Below are positions 37,390 through 46,072 of a stretch of DNA of 64,000 nt, in pieces. The translations under genes and the position numbers were made by a program. The notes under the pieces were generated by a model. It was not told the origin of the DNA. It did not search any database and saw only the letters and a list, made by a program, of their open reading frames with translations. The stretch lies in IMG/VR virus record IMGVR_UViG_2770939586_000001. One strand, given 5' to 3'. Source of the DNA: a virus (taxonomy: Duplodnaviria; Caudoviricetes). Numbering within the stretch: position 1 is the stretch's first letter; every line of letters begins with the position of its first letter.

Positions 37390-39651
37390 ATGGCTACAAT
37401 AGGACAACAATTAATAACGCCTGAAACAGGATGGAAAAGGTATGATGATACTTGTCCTGCTTTCATGTATAAAGGCACGTGGACTTCTACTCTTCTTGGC
37501 GGCGGTCCTTATGGAGGAACCTGTTATCAATCTTCTGTATCGACAGATAAAATTAAGTTTAATTTTATAGGAACAAAGATTCGCATTATTGGCTATCAAT
37601 CATCAAGTAGAACCAATCCGATTTCAATTAGCATAGATGGTATTATTGAAACGTTTTCTGAATTAAGTATAGGAACAATCGGTGGATCTGGAGGCTCTAT
37701 GTTGGTGTATGAAAAAACAGGGTTATCTCATTCCACACACCAAGTCGAAATTACTCCGGGTGGGACAACTACCGCTCTTGACGCTATTGATATTGATGAT
37801 ACAGGTCGACTACTCCACCCTCAAGAAAAACTAGACCCAAAAGACATCGCTGTTATTGGGGATAGAATCCGTTGTCATTATCAAGCAAGCAGTGGAAAAG
37901 TAGGGGTATTTAGTGGACTAGGACAAGAAACAAGCGATTTTATCCCTGCCGCTTCTTCTGCTACTCCAAATGGTGACTTTTACTGGATTTATTCAAAAGA
38001 TGACCACCTTGGAAACAAGGTATTCGTGGCCGATCGAAATGTACAACATAGCATTAGTTGGGATACGTTGAACGCCATGGGGATTGCGACACACAGTGGA
38101 ACACAAACTGCATTTTCTATTTATGGTGGAACAGCTATAAGTAGTGGAGATGCAAGCGTAAGTCCAGCTACTAATGCTTTTGATGGTAATTATCCTATCC
38201 CGCTAAGCGGAAGTGCAAATGGGACTCGCTGGGTATCCTTGCAAGCAGGTACAACAAAAGGTGTAGCGTGGATTGGTTATGATTTTAAACAACCAAAGAA
38301 TATTTGTTGTATTCGATTAATACAACATTCTTCAACTATATCATACGGTGTAACCAGTATCATTGTCCAAAGTTCTGATGATGGAGTTGCTTGGACTAAT
38401 GTTTATCAAAAAGATAATCTATCTCTTGGATCATACCCGTCTAATGATTATATTGATTTTACATCTACTGGTCCAAAACGATTTTGGAGATTACTAGCTA
38501 ATTCTGATGCGACAGGTGGTTGGTATGTGTATGAAATGCAAATGTTTGAGCAATCCAATGTTAACACAAACTACAAATTCAACACTCGACTTCTTACAGG
38601 CGGTATTCTTTCAACAGATACAGACAATGAGTGGGATCAAATTGTTGTTAATTCTAACTTAGGAGGAACTATTGCAGCAGGAGATAATGGAATATGGAAC
38701 TGGAATGGACAGTATTCATTGAGCAGTTCAACTGTAAATAGTACAAATACACAGCGTGTTATACGTGGAGGTACAGCAGTAAATAGATGGGGTGCATATA
38801 ATACAGGTGGATATGGAACAGATACCGGTTTCCGTCCTGTATTAGTAATGAGTGTACTAGGGGAAGAAGAAAAACCACGTACTCCAAAATACGTAGCCCA
38901 AATTGGAACAGATATCTATCTACCAAATGGAACATTACAAGGTCCACGTGGCACAGATGCAGAATTAAAAGCGCTGATGGAGACAAATGGTGCTGACCTT
39001 TCTACAATTGCTTGGGATACATTACGAGGAATTGCAAAAGAAGCTGGTAAACCATTGAAGGTGTTACGCTTCACAGACGACACTGCAGCTACAGTACCTA
39101 CATTACGTGTTACGCAAGTGCCAGATGCTCAGTTCATTACACCAAAATCAAGTATTCGAATCTCATCTATTTCTGGTATCAGCTCTGTAAAAGTAACCGG
39201 CACGAAAACAGGGGCAGCGAATGAACGCTATGTAGTGGCCAAGTCCAATGTAGAGACAGGTGCACCAGATTGGTATGTTAAAACAGCAGCGGGATGGGTA
39301 AGCCTTGGTAAACTTGACCGTACAATCCGTGCTGATGTCGATAAAGTCGCACAACAAGGTATGACACAAGAAGAACTGAACGCCATTACCACTGCGGAAT
39401 GGGCACAGCTATTTGATAACGGACATGGTACTCCGCAATACAATTGGATTGCATTCGGGTACCTACAATCCCAGCAGTCATCTACAGATGTATGCGAGAA
39501 CGATCAGCTTGTTATGGAAGTAAATATGCAAGGAAAATGGGTAAAAGCTGTTCACGGAACTGATTACAACTATGAGTATGACGGTCCAGAAAAACTACAA
39601 GTTCATATTCTTGCGGATGGGGATTATAAGTTTAACCGAGTCCCTCTGTAA
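37390..39651 (+). CDS. Multidomain adhesin: CLec-like domain with inserted F5/8 (discoidin) domain
   Basis: Same ADR...SWD.LN/NEWD/GFRPV motifs; AFDGN...WIGYDF...SSDDGVAW...RFWRL discoidin signature. Confidence 0.7.
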   Translation: MATIGQQLITPETGWKRYDDTCPAFMYKGTWTSTLLGGGPYGGTCYQSSVSTDKIKFNFIGTKIRIIGYQSSSRTNPISISIDGIIETFSELSIGTIGGSGGSMLVYEKTGLSHSTHQVEITPGGTTTALDAIDIDDTGRLLHPQEKLDPKDIAVIGDRIRCHYQASSGKVGVFSGLGQETSDFIPAASSATPNGDFYWIYSKDDHLGNKVFVADRNVQHSISWDTLNAMGIATHSGTQTAFSIYGGTAISSGDASVSPATNAFDGNYPIPLSGSANGTRWVSLQAGTTKGVAWIGYDFKQPKNICCIRLIQHSSTISYGVTSIIVQSSDDGVAWTNVYQKDNLSLGSYPSNDYIDFTSTGPKRFWRLLANSDATGGWYVYEMQMFEQSNVNTNYKFNTRLLTGGILSTDTDNEWDQIVVNSNLGGTIAAGDNGIWNWNGQYSLSSSTVNSTNTQRVIRGGTAVNRWGAYNTGGYGTDTGFRPVLVMSVLGEEEKPRTPKYVAQIGTDIYLPNGTLQGPRGTDAELKALMETNGADLSTIAWDTLRGIAKEAGKPLKVLRFTDDTAATVPTLRVTQVPDAQFITPKSSIRISSISGISSVKVTGTKTGAANERYVVAKSNVETGAPDWYVKTAAGWVSLGKLDRTIRADVDKVAQQGMTQEELNAITTAEWAQLFDNGHGTPQYNWIAFGYLQSQQSSTDVCENDQLVMEVNMQGKWVKAVHGTDYNYEYDGPEKLQVHILADGDYKFNRVPL

Positions 39652-39971
39652 ACCAAGCGCCGATAAAGGCGTATTTTTTATGCTCACCTTCAGGAGTCGC
39701 TTAATTGCGGCTCCTATTTTTTTATGTCTACAATACTGCGGATCACGTATCCCAAGCACGTACGGATGGTGGCGAAACGAGAGATGTCAGATGAGCAGAG
39801 GGAAGCGGCGAGTAAAGATTTAAGAAGATGCATACTAAAAACAACGATAAATAATGGTGATACCATCTTTCTGATAAGAAGGTGGTATTTTATTTCCAAT
39901 TAAGACGAAATAATTGGTAAAATGAGACATGGGTGGTTCATATTTTGGAAGTTTTAGAGGGAGAATTTAAA

Positions 39972-40592
39972 ATGAAAATAGAGTTCAACTTTCTTGAAGA
40001 CCTCTTTGGGATTAAAAGGGATAAATTTATTCCTCTTAAGATAAAAGGGGATATGGAGTACGAATTACAAATACGAGTACAGGAAATCGAAAATGAAGGT
40101 TTTAAAATATTAAGAACAGAAAGGAATAAAAATGGGGAAATTGTTATTATCTATCGCCATTTCTTCTATGATGGAAACGATGAAGATATGATCACTATCG
40201 AGGCGATTGTTATAACAAAGAAAGGGATAATAATTCCTTACCCTGTTATGTATGTGAATCGAAGAGAGGCAGATAAAAGTTTGTATATTGCTGATATTAG
40301 AGTATTTGGCGAAAGTATTAACAAAGGCTATGGATCGCTAATGATGAAGGAGTTACTTCAGATCGCAAGAAGCCAAAAAGAAAAAGTGTTTTTTGTAACT
40401 GGTAATATGGATTACGGAGATGAGGAGCATTATAAGCGCTTAATTCATTTTTATGAAAAGTATGGTTTTACTTGCCGTGACGGAAAAATACTATGGATAA
40501 ATGATGGAGTTAAATTGTCTGGAGAACAGGTTGATGCCATTTTTAGTCGAGTTGTCTTAGAGGATCCAGAGATATTTGAATACGAAAAGTAG
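39972..40592 (+). CDS. GNAT-family acetyltransferase (AT-rich moron)
   Basis: LYIADI...INKGYGSLMM...LIHFYEKYGF. Confidence 0.8.
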   Translation: MKIEFNFLEDLFGIKRDKFIPLKIKGDMEYELQIRVQEIENEGFKILRTERNKNGEIVIIYRHFFYDGNDEDMITIEAIVITKKGIIIPYPVMYVNRREADKSLYIADIRVFGESINKGYGSLMMKELLQIARSQKEKVFFVTGNMDYGDEEHYKRLIHFYEKYGFTCRDGKILWINDGVKLSGEQVDAIFSRVVLEDPEIFEYEK

Positions 40593-40819
40593 TGGTGTTA
40601 AATGGGTGTTTTTTGGCTGAATATTGGTAGGCTGCTTGGATAGAGTGCTTGATGATAGTAGAAGAAGATGAGTAGTCCTTTTTGATTTTCAATAATATAA
40701 TCTTTATTAGTTTGTAGATTGAAAAAGTGACGATTTTCTACAAGTTTCAAGGAAAATAGTTCTTCTTGTCGAAGTTTAGCAGTAGATTAAGAAACACTTT
40801 TGATAGGGGGAATTATAAG

Positions 40820-41668
40820 TTGAAGGTTTTTTTAAGTTGGTCAGGAGAATTAAGTAGAAGGGTGGCTTTAGTCTTTAGAGAATGGTTACCTTCTGTTATA
40901 CAGGCTGTAGAACCTTATGTTTCCTCTGAAGATATTGATAAAGGAGCACGTTGGAGTAGTGATATTGCACAAGAACTAGAAGTTTCATCTTATGGTATTA
41001 TATGTATTACAAAGGAGAATATCGAGGCTCCTTGGATTAACTTTGAAGCCGGAGCTTTAGCTAAAACATTTGATAAAGCGTATGTTTCTCCTTTTTTATT
41101 TGGGATTAAAAGGTTTGAAGTATCAGGTCCTCTCTTGCAATTTCAATCTACTCTATATGAGAAAGACGATGTGAAGAAATTAATAGATGGTATTAACAAA
41201 GCTTGTGATTTACAAGGGCTAGACAGTTTGAGATTAGATAAGGTATTTGAAATGTGGTGGCCAGCTTTAAAGGAAGAATTAGACAACCTACTTGTCAATA
41301 GTGATGATTATTTAATTTCGGATGAGAAAGAAAATTCTGGCGAAATAAACAGTATGCTTGAGGAGGTTTTGGAGCTTACACGAAATCAGCAAAAGTTACT
41401 TCGTTCTCCTCATGATATATTGCCACCGGAGTATTTAGCCAAAGTTATAGGGGAGTTAAGCCCTTCTACAGTTCACCCTGGTGCTATTGCTGATTTAAGA
41501 AGAGGCTTAACGATAGGTGAAGCTTTGATTAAAAAATATGAGGAAACACGAGAAATGGATATTAACGAATTTCAACATATGCTTCGTATGTTGAGAAGAC
41601 CACTGGTTCATTTAACAAAACGAACAAAACATATCGAACAACGTATACAACTAGAGCTAGATATGTAA
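40820..41668 (+). CDS. TIR-domain protein (AT-rich moron)
   Basis: KVFLSWSG, DIDKGARW, PWINFEAGAL with the catalytic-position Glu; RBS supports TTG 40820. Confidence 0.85.
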   Translation: MKVFLSWSGELSRRVALVFREWLPSVIQAVEPYVSSEDIDKGARWSSDIAQELEVSSYGIICITKENIEAPWINFEAGALAKTFDKAYVSPFLFGIKRFEVSGPLLQFQSTLYEKDDVKKLIDGINKACDLQGLDSLRLDKVFEMWWPALKEELDNLLVNSDDYLISDEKENSGEINSMLEEVLELTRNQQKLLRSPHDILPPEYLAKVIGELSPSTVHPGAIADLRRGLTIGEALIKKYEETREMDINEFQHMLRMLRRPLVHLTKRTKHIEQRIQLELDM

Positions 41669-41763
41669 TGTTAGATTTATATAAAATTATTAAAGAAAAT
41701 TTAATGTCGCTCTTCGGAGTGCCCTTTTTTCTTTTGCAAACAAAAACCCTGCATCTCGCAGGA

Positions 41764-41946
41764 TTAAATACTCTTCTTCATGCCGCACTGTCTGCATTCT
41801 CTAAGGAAAATCGTATCCTTCACAGAGCTTTTGAAATGGGCGTTACCACAATTATCACAGCGGCCACTAACCGCATCAGGGTGCTCTTTGTAGTCGTAAA
41901 CAATGGTTGTGTCATAACCTTTGTATTCTTGGTTGATTTCAGTCAA
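41764..41946 (-). CDS. Small zinc-ribbon protein
   Basis: CDNCG...RECRQCG; RBS GAAGGTGA. Confidence 0.7.
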   Translation of the reverse strand: MTEINQEYKGYDTTIVYDYKEHPDAVSGRCDNCGNAHFKSSVKDTIFLRECRQCGMKKSI

Positions 41947-42169
41947 TGTCGATCACCTTCACGTTGGATTTAACTTTTATATCATATCAGATTAGATCGA
42001 TATTAAGTAAGAATCAAACACAGCATATTTAGTCAAAAGCCTTGCTTATTCGAGCAGGGCTTTTTGTAATATTTTACAGATATTAATTACAAATATAGCA
42101 GGATATAATGTTTAACAAATAGTAAACAAATGACCGAGAGAGGAGGAAAAACTCCACTCTTTTTTGTGC

Positions 42170-42382
42170 CTATTCCCAAGTCCAGTCGTACAGTTGTTCC
42201 ATCGTGCAGCCGACTATGTGTGCGATGGTTCGAGCTGTTTCTAACGACATGGTACGAGTGCCGTTCACGTACTGACTTATTTGTGAACGGCTTTTGTTCA
42301 TGCGGTGTGCCAGATCCTGCTGAGTCATCTTGGCTTCACGCAATCGCTGACGTAATAGGCACTTTCCTGCACGGAAAGCCAT
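42170..42382 (-). CDS. XRE-family HTH regulator
   Basis: MTQQDLA...SRSQISQY...IAHIVGC.MEQLY.W. Confidence 0.85.
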   Translation of the reverse strand: MAFRAGKCLLRQRLREAKMTQQDLAHRMNKSRSQISQYVNGTRTMSLETARTIAHIVGCTMEQLYDWTWE

Positions 42383-42404
42383 TTGTTACTATTTACCCCC
42401 AGAA

Positions 42405-42671
42405 ATGAGATACCATTATATTACTACAATTTTGCGCATATTGACACCAAGAGGCGGTAGCACGGTGACTTTTGAAGAACTGTACCGGATAGCAGAAGTA
42501 TATTTCCTTATCAAGCAAAAAAGAAAGCGAGCAAGAAGTAGGTTTTTGAAGGTTACAGATTGGAAGGTTACGGATGAGGGATATATCTTTTATGCATTGT
42601 TTCAGGGGGGAAATAGGCAAATACATCTACATACAGTAACTATTCGATTTGATGGTTTGATTGTCGAATAG
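42405..42671 (+). CDS. Hypothetical protein
   Basis: ORF divergent from the XRE gene; start probably GTG ~42465. Confidence 0.4.
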   Translation: MRYHYITTILRILTPRGGSTVTFEELYRIAEVYFLIKQKRKRARSRFLKVTDWKVTDEGYIFYALFQGGNRQIHLHTVTIRFDGLIVE

Positions 42672-42841
42672 TATTTTTTTATGTCTAATTATGTCGCGCA
42701 TGTGTAAAAACATATGTCAAATAGTATGAAGATTATGTAATTAATGGTAGTATTTTCGAGAATAAGTAGAACAAAGGGAGTGGTTAACATGTACTATAAT
42801 TGAAAAACCTGCACCGCTATTGTATGGCGCAGGTCGCAGAT

Positions 42842-43069
42842 TTAGTTATCAGAATCGTCTTCTTCTAAAACTAACAACTCACTTAACGGAACATTGAAAA
42901 AGTCACATAGCGTGATGATTGTTTTATAGTCGATGCGATCATTTTTATCATTATAAAATCTAGTAAGAGTAGGGTTGCTTATTCCGGTTAAGCGCGAAAG
43001 TTCATTAATACTTTTAATTTTTCGCATCCCCATAAGTATATGCAATCTGCTCTTTATTTTTCTAGCCAC
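42842..43069 (-). CDS. Cro/CI-type HTH regulator (YozG/HTH_26-like)
   Basis: SINELSRLTGIS..TL...TIITLCDFFNV. Confidence 0.85.
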   Translation of the reverse strand: MARKIKSRLHILMGMRKIKSINELSRLTGISNPTLTRFYNDKNDRIDYKTIITLCDFFNVPLSELLVLEEDDSDN

Positions 43070-43122
43070 GGTATCACCATCCTTGATTTAAATATATAAC
43101 AGATCAATACATAATGGAATAA

Positions 43123-43178
43123 TAGTGTTAAAAATTTAACGTTAGTGTTAAATTTTATGAAGTTAGTATTGAAATTTT
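43123..43178. promoter_or_regulatory. Three operator-like direct repeats between divergent HTH genes
   Basis: TAGTGTTAAAAATTT (43123), TAGTGTTAAATTTT (43143), TAGTATTGAAATTTT (43164). Confidence 0.55.
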
Positions 43179-43243
43179 TAACTAAATAGTTATAATTGGA
43201 TTTATACAGAAAGTTACCAAGATATTCAAATGGGGGTGTAAAA

Positions 43244-43462
43244 ATGAACAAAGTGAAAAATAATCTTTCTGTATTGATGGGGAAACGTAAGATTCGTTCT
43301 ATTAATCAGCTAAGTAAAGAAACGGGCCTTCGTCATGAAGCGCTAAATAGATTGTACGCGGAAGATCAAGAGTACAACCCAAGTGTAAAAACGCTGATTA
43401 TTCTGTGTGATTTCTTCGAGTGTGACTTGCACGAATTGATAGAGTATACACCAGCGCAGTAG
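43244..43462 (+). CDS. Cro/CI-type HTH regulator, paralog of 42842-43069
   Basis: SINQLSKETGL...TLIILCDFFEC. Confidence 0.85.
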   Translation: MNKVKNNLSVLMGKRKIRSINQLSKETGLRHEALNRLYAEDQEYNPSVKTLIILCDFFECDLHELIEYTPAQ

Positions 43463-43819
43463 TAGCTACGCTTAGGAGATAAAGGAGGGGGATTGGGATT
43501 ACTTTAGGGAAACATGCAGAGGTAGTGAAGCAACTAGAAATGAATGTAGATGATAATCCCTTGATTAAGATGACTGAATTATATGTAAAATGCGGTGCGG
43601 CACTGGCTGATGTACAGGAAGCCAGACAGTTGTTATCCGATTGCTCATTAAACCCTATCGTGCAGCGCTAACTTTGGCAGCACGAGTTGTCCAGCTACAC
43701 CCTAGATTACTACATACTATTCCAACTGTTGCGTTTGTATGTGAAAAAAATCTACTTTTAATCTACTTTTGTAAATGGACAGGCTTTGGTTGATATGGAT
43801 GCAAAAAGGGGTGAGAGTC

Positions 43820-44359
43820 TTGGAGACGGACAAGCATTTAATCTATATATTTGCGGGTGGAGATGATGCAAGCGCCTATCAGAAGTTGAAGTCTGATGTG
43901 GCAGCGAAGGTGTACAGTTGTAGCACGCAAGTAAAAGGTGAGGAACTGGACGATATTATACAGGATGCAGCGTTGAAACTGTATTTATCCATTGATAGAT
44001 ATGACAGTAAAAAAGCGGCAGTATCAACGTTTCGTGATCACATTATCACAAATGTTTTGATTGACCGGATACGCCGCTGGCGGGCACATAAAAGCCAGGT
44101 GTTGACATGGGATGAAGTAGATGAAACAGAAGATGGATGTGAGCAAGTAGATTTTGATATGGATTTTGAGCGATGGTTTCGCACGTTGCTTCCACATGAG
44201 AAAAAGATTGTACGTATGCGATTGGATGGCAAGAAAAACTGTGTAATTGCAGATGAACTGGGATGTTCGAACGCTTCTATTACGGCATATAGGAAAGTGA
44301 TTCAGAAGAAGTGGAATAGCTTTTTCTATTATGGGGGAGATGAGAATCATGCAATATAA
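43820..44359 (+). CDS. ECF-like sigma-70 factor
   Basis: Region 2 DDIIQDAALKLY..IDRYD...ITNVLIDRIRR; region 4 LLPHEKKIV...IADELG; no region 3. Confidence 0.75.
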   Translation: METDKHLIYIFAGGDDASAYQKLKSDVAAKVYSCSTQVKGEELDDIIQDAALKLYLSIDRYDSKKAAVSTFRDHIITNVLIDRIRRWRAHKSQVLTWDEVDETEDGCEQVDFDMDFERWFRTLLPHEKKIVRMRLDGKKNCVIADELGCSNASITAYRKVIQKKWNSFFYYGGDENHAI

Positions 44360-45218
44360 CGAGCATTTGGGAGATGTAGAAACGTTTGTAGAGAAGAATC
44401 AAAAGTTGGTATGGAAATGTGTGCAGCAGTATAAGATGGTAGCTCGTACAAAGTGTATCGAGTTAGAAGAACTATTTCAGATCGGTATGATAGGAATGTT
44501 AAAAGCGTATGAGAAGTACGATCCAAGTAAATTTGAGAATGTGAACAACTTTACCACATATGGTGTTCCTATGATTCATGGAGAGATTTTACGTTTCTTA
44601 CGTGATTTCTATCCTGTTAGGGTTCCTCGTGGAAAAATGGAACTGCTTAGGAAAATACGATGCGCCGGTATGATGAATTTATCTGCTCAGGAGATTGCGG
44701 AACATTTCGATGTTTCGGAGAAGGAGGTAGAACAAGCGCTAGAGATGCGCTATGTAGAGCAGGTTCAATCTATGGATGCAGAGATTATAGATTATGAAAA
44801 TAAAGAGATTACGCTGCATGACAAAATTTCTGTATCGGCCGATTATACAGGTGTGTTCGTGTATGATTTTTTAAAATCGCTATCCGAGCGCGAGCAAACC
44901 ATCATAGAAATGCGGACATGGGATGCTACACAGGTGGAAATCGCACAGGCGGTAGGGATAGGTCAGGTTCAAGTATCACGTATGCTGACCAGAATAAAAA
45001 ATAAGTATCTCGCGTATTGTAACGGGGAAACGGTTAGTCCTGCGATTGAGCTGCAACGAAAAGTAACACGTGAGCGGTATGAGATAATGGCAGCCGAAGG
45101 GAGGAGTAACAAAGAAATCGCGCAGGAATTCGGATGCCATATTAAAACGCTGAAGCATCATCAAAGAAAGTGGAAGCAAGCGGAACAGGCGGTGGATCTG
45201 TATGAAGCCACTGTTTGA
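44349..45218 (+). CDS. SigF/SigG/SigB-like sigma factor with extra C-terminal HTH
   Basis: EELFQIGMIGMLKAYEKYDP, FTTYGVPMIHGEILRFLRD, LSEREQ...TQVEIAQAVGIGQVQVSR. Confidence 0.9.
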   Translation: MQYNEHLGDVETFVEKNQKLVWKCVQQYKMVARTKCIELEELFQIGMIGMLKAYEKYDPSKFENVNNFTTYGVPMIHGEILRFLRDFYPVRVPRGKMELLRKIRCAGMMNLSAQEIAEHFDVSEKEVEQALEMRYVEQVQSMDAEIIDYENKEITLHDKISVSADYTGVFVYDFLKSLSEREQTIIEMRTWDATQVEIAQAVGIGQVQVSRMLTRIKNKYLAYCNGETVSPAIELQRKVTRERYEIMAAEGRSNKEIAQEFGCHIKTLKHHQRKWKQAEQAVDLYEATV

Positions 45219-45996
45219 TATAGACGGCAGGAAGTACCGAAAGGTGGGCTTTGTTAACAGATTAATACGTGGTCAAAGGTATAGTACGGTGTATGACTTG
45301 TTCATGGGAAGCGGAAGTATCTTGCTGAACATGGCGTGCAAGGCAGGTGTGTATGCTGGGGTAGATTCTGACCATTTATTAGCGGAATTATACCGTTATA
45401 TGCTTGTTTGTTCGCCGTTCTTTACAACGGAGTTGGCACATGAACGAGCGGTGGAAATGCGTACAAGCCATTATGCTGAATATATAGCTAGTTCACTTAA
45501 GGATCGCAGGTTAGTTAAGATTTGTATGCGTGATCAGTCTGTAGCAGAAAAGTTCATATTGAGTGTGGTGTTATTGCTGCAGGGTAGGCAGAAGAAGCGA
45601 TTAATTTTCATGGAGGAAGAGCTTTTACGAATTGTACAGTGGCTAAACGAGTTGGTGCGTAAGCTACAAAGTCGTAAATATGCATTCTTAGTAAGCGATT
45701 TGGAGGATTTTGCAGGTTGCGTAGCGGAAACAGAAAATGATTTGTTAATACTCGATCCACCGTGTATTCTGACTGGTGATTCAGAAAGTTATACCAGCAC
45801 GCATGAGTTTATTCTGTACGATATGCTGGCGGCAACGAAGAACGATTTCATTTTGTTCGGCCATCTGGAGAGAGATGGCGTTGCGAATGATAAACTACGA
45901 TATTTCGTAAGGTATTTCGGGCTGAAAAGCATACATGTACCTGTTGAGGGACCGAGTGATGGTAGATCGGTAGAGGTCATGGTAACGAATATTTGA
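45202..45996 (+). CDS. Divergent Dam/D12-type adenine methyltransferase
   Basis: DLFMGSGS motif I; motif IV reads DPPC instead of DPPY; ends EVMVTN. Confidence 0.65.
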   Translation: MKPLFDIDGRKYRKVGFVNRLIRGQRYSTVYDLFMGSGSILLNMACKAGVYAGVDSDHLLAELYRYMLVCSPFFTTELAHERAVEMRTSHYAEYIASSLKDRRLVKICMRDQSVAEKFILSVVLLLQGRQKKRLIFMEEELLRIVQWLNELVRKLQSRKYAFLVSDLEDFAGCVAETENDLLILDPPCILTGDSESYTSTHEFILYDMLAATKNDFILFGHLERDGVANDKLRYFVRYFGLKSIHVPVEGPSDGRSVEVMVTNI

Positions 45997-46016
45997 TAAG
46001 GAATTTTTCATTGTGG

Positions 46017-46054
46017 CTGAAAAAACGTGGAGATGGTTCGTATAGAGTATGTAG
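46017..46054 (+). promoter_or_regulatory. Phage promoter motif, copy 4
   Basis: CTGAAA-N16-CGTATAGAGTATGTAG. Confidence 0.8.
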
Positions 46055-46072
46055 AAAGGAGATGTATGCTAA

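Noticed and set aside
36712-39651. A complete diversity-generating retroelement
   Set aside because: No reverse transcriptase and no near-identical TR/VR pair seen in the window.
39740-39850. KREMSDEQREAAS-like coding fragment
   Set aside because: No start or SD; at most a gene remnant.
42081-42170. Small RNA between TATAAT (42104) and the hairpin at ~42137-42165
   Set aside because: No convincing -35; the hairpin may only terminate neighbouring transcription.
43710-43745. CGTTTGTATGTGA upstream of the ECF sigma as a tenth promoter copy
   Set aside because: The -10 part is three bases shorter and no CT(G/A)AAA box lies 16 nt upstream.
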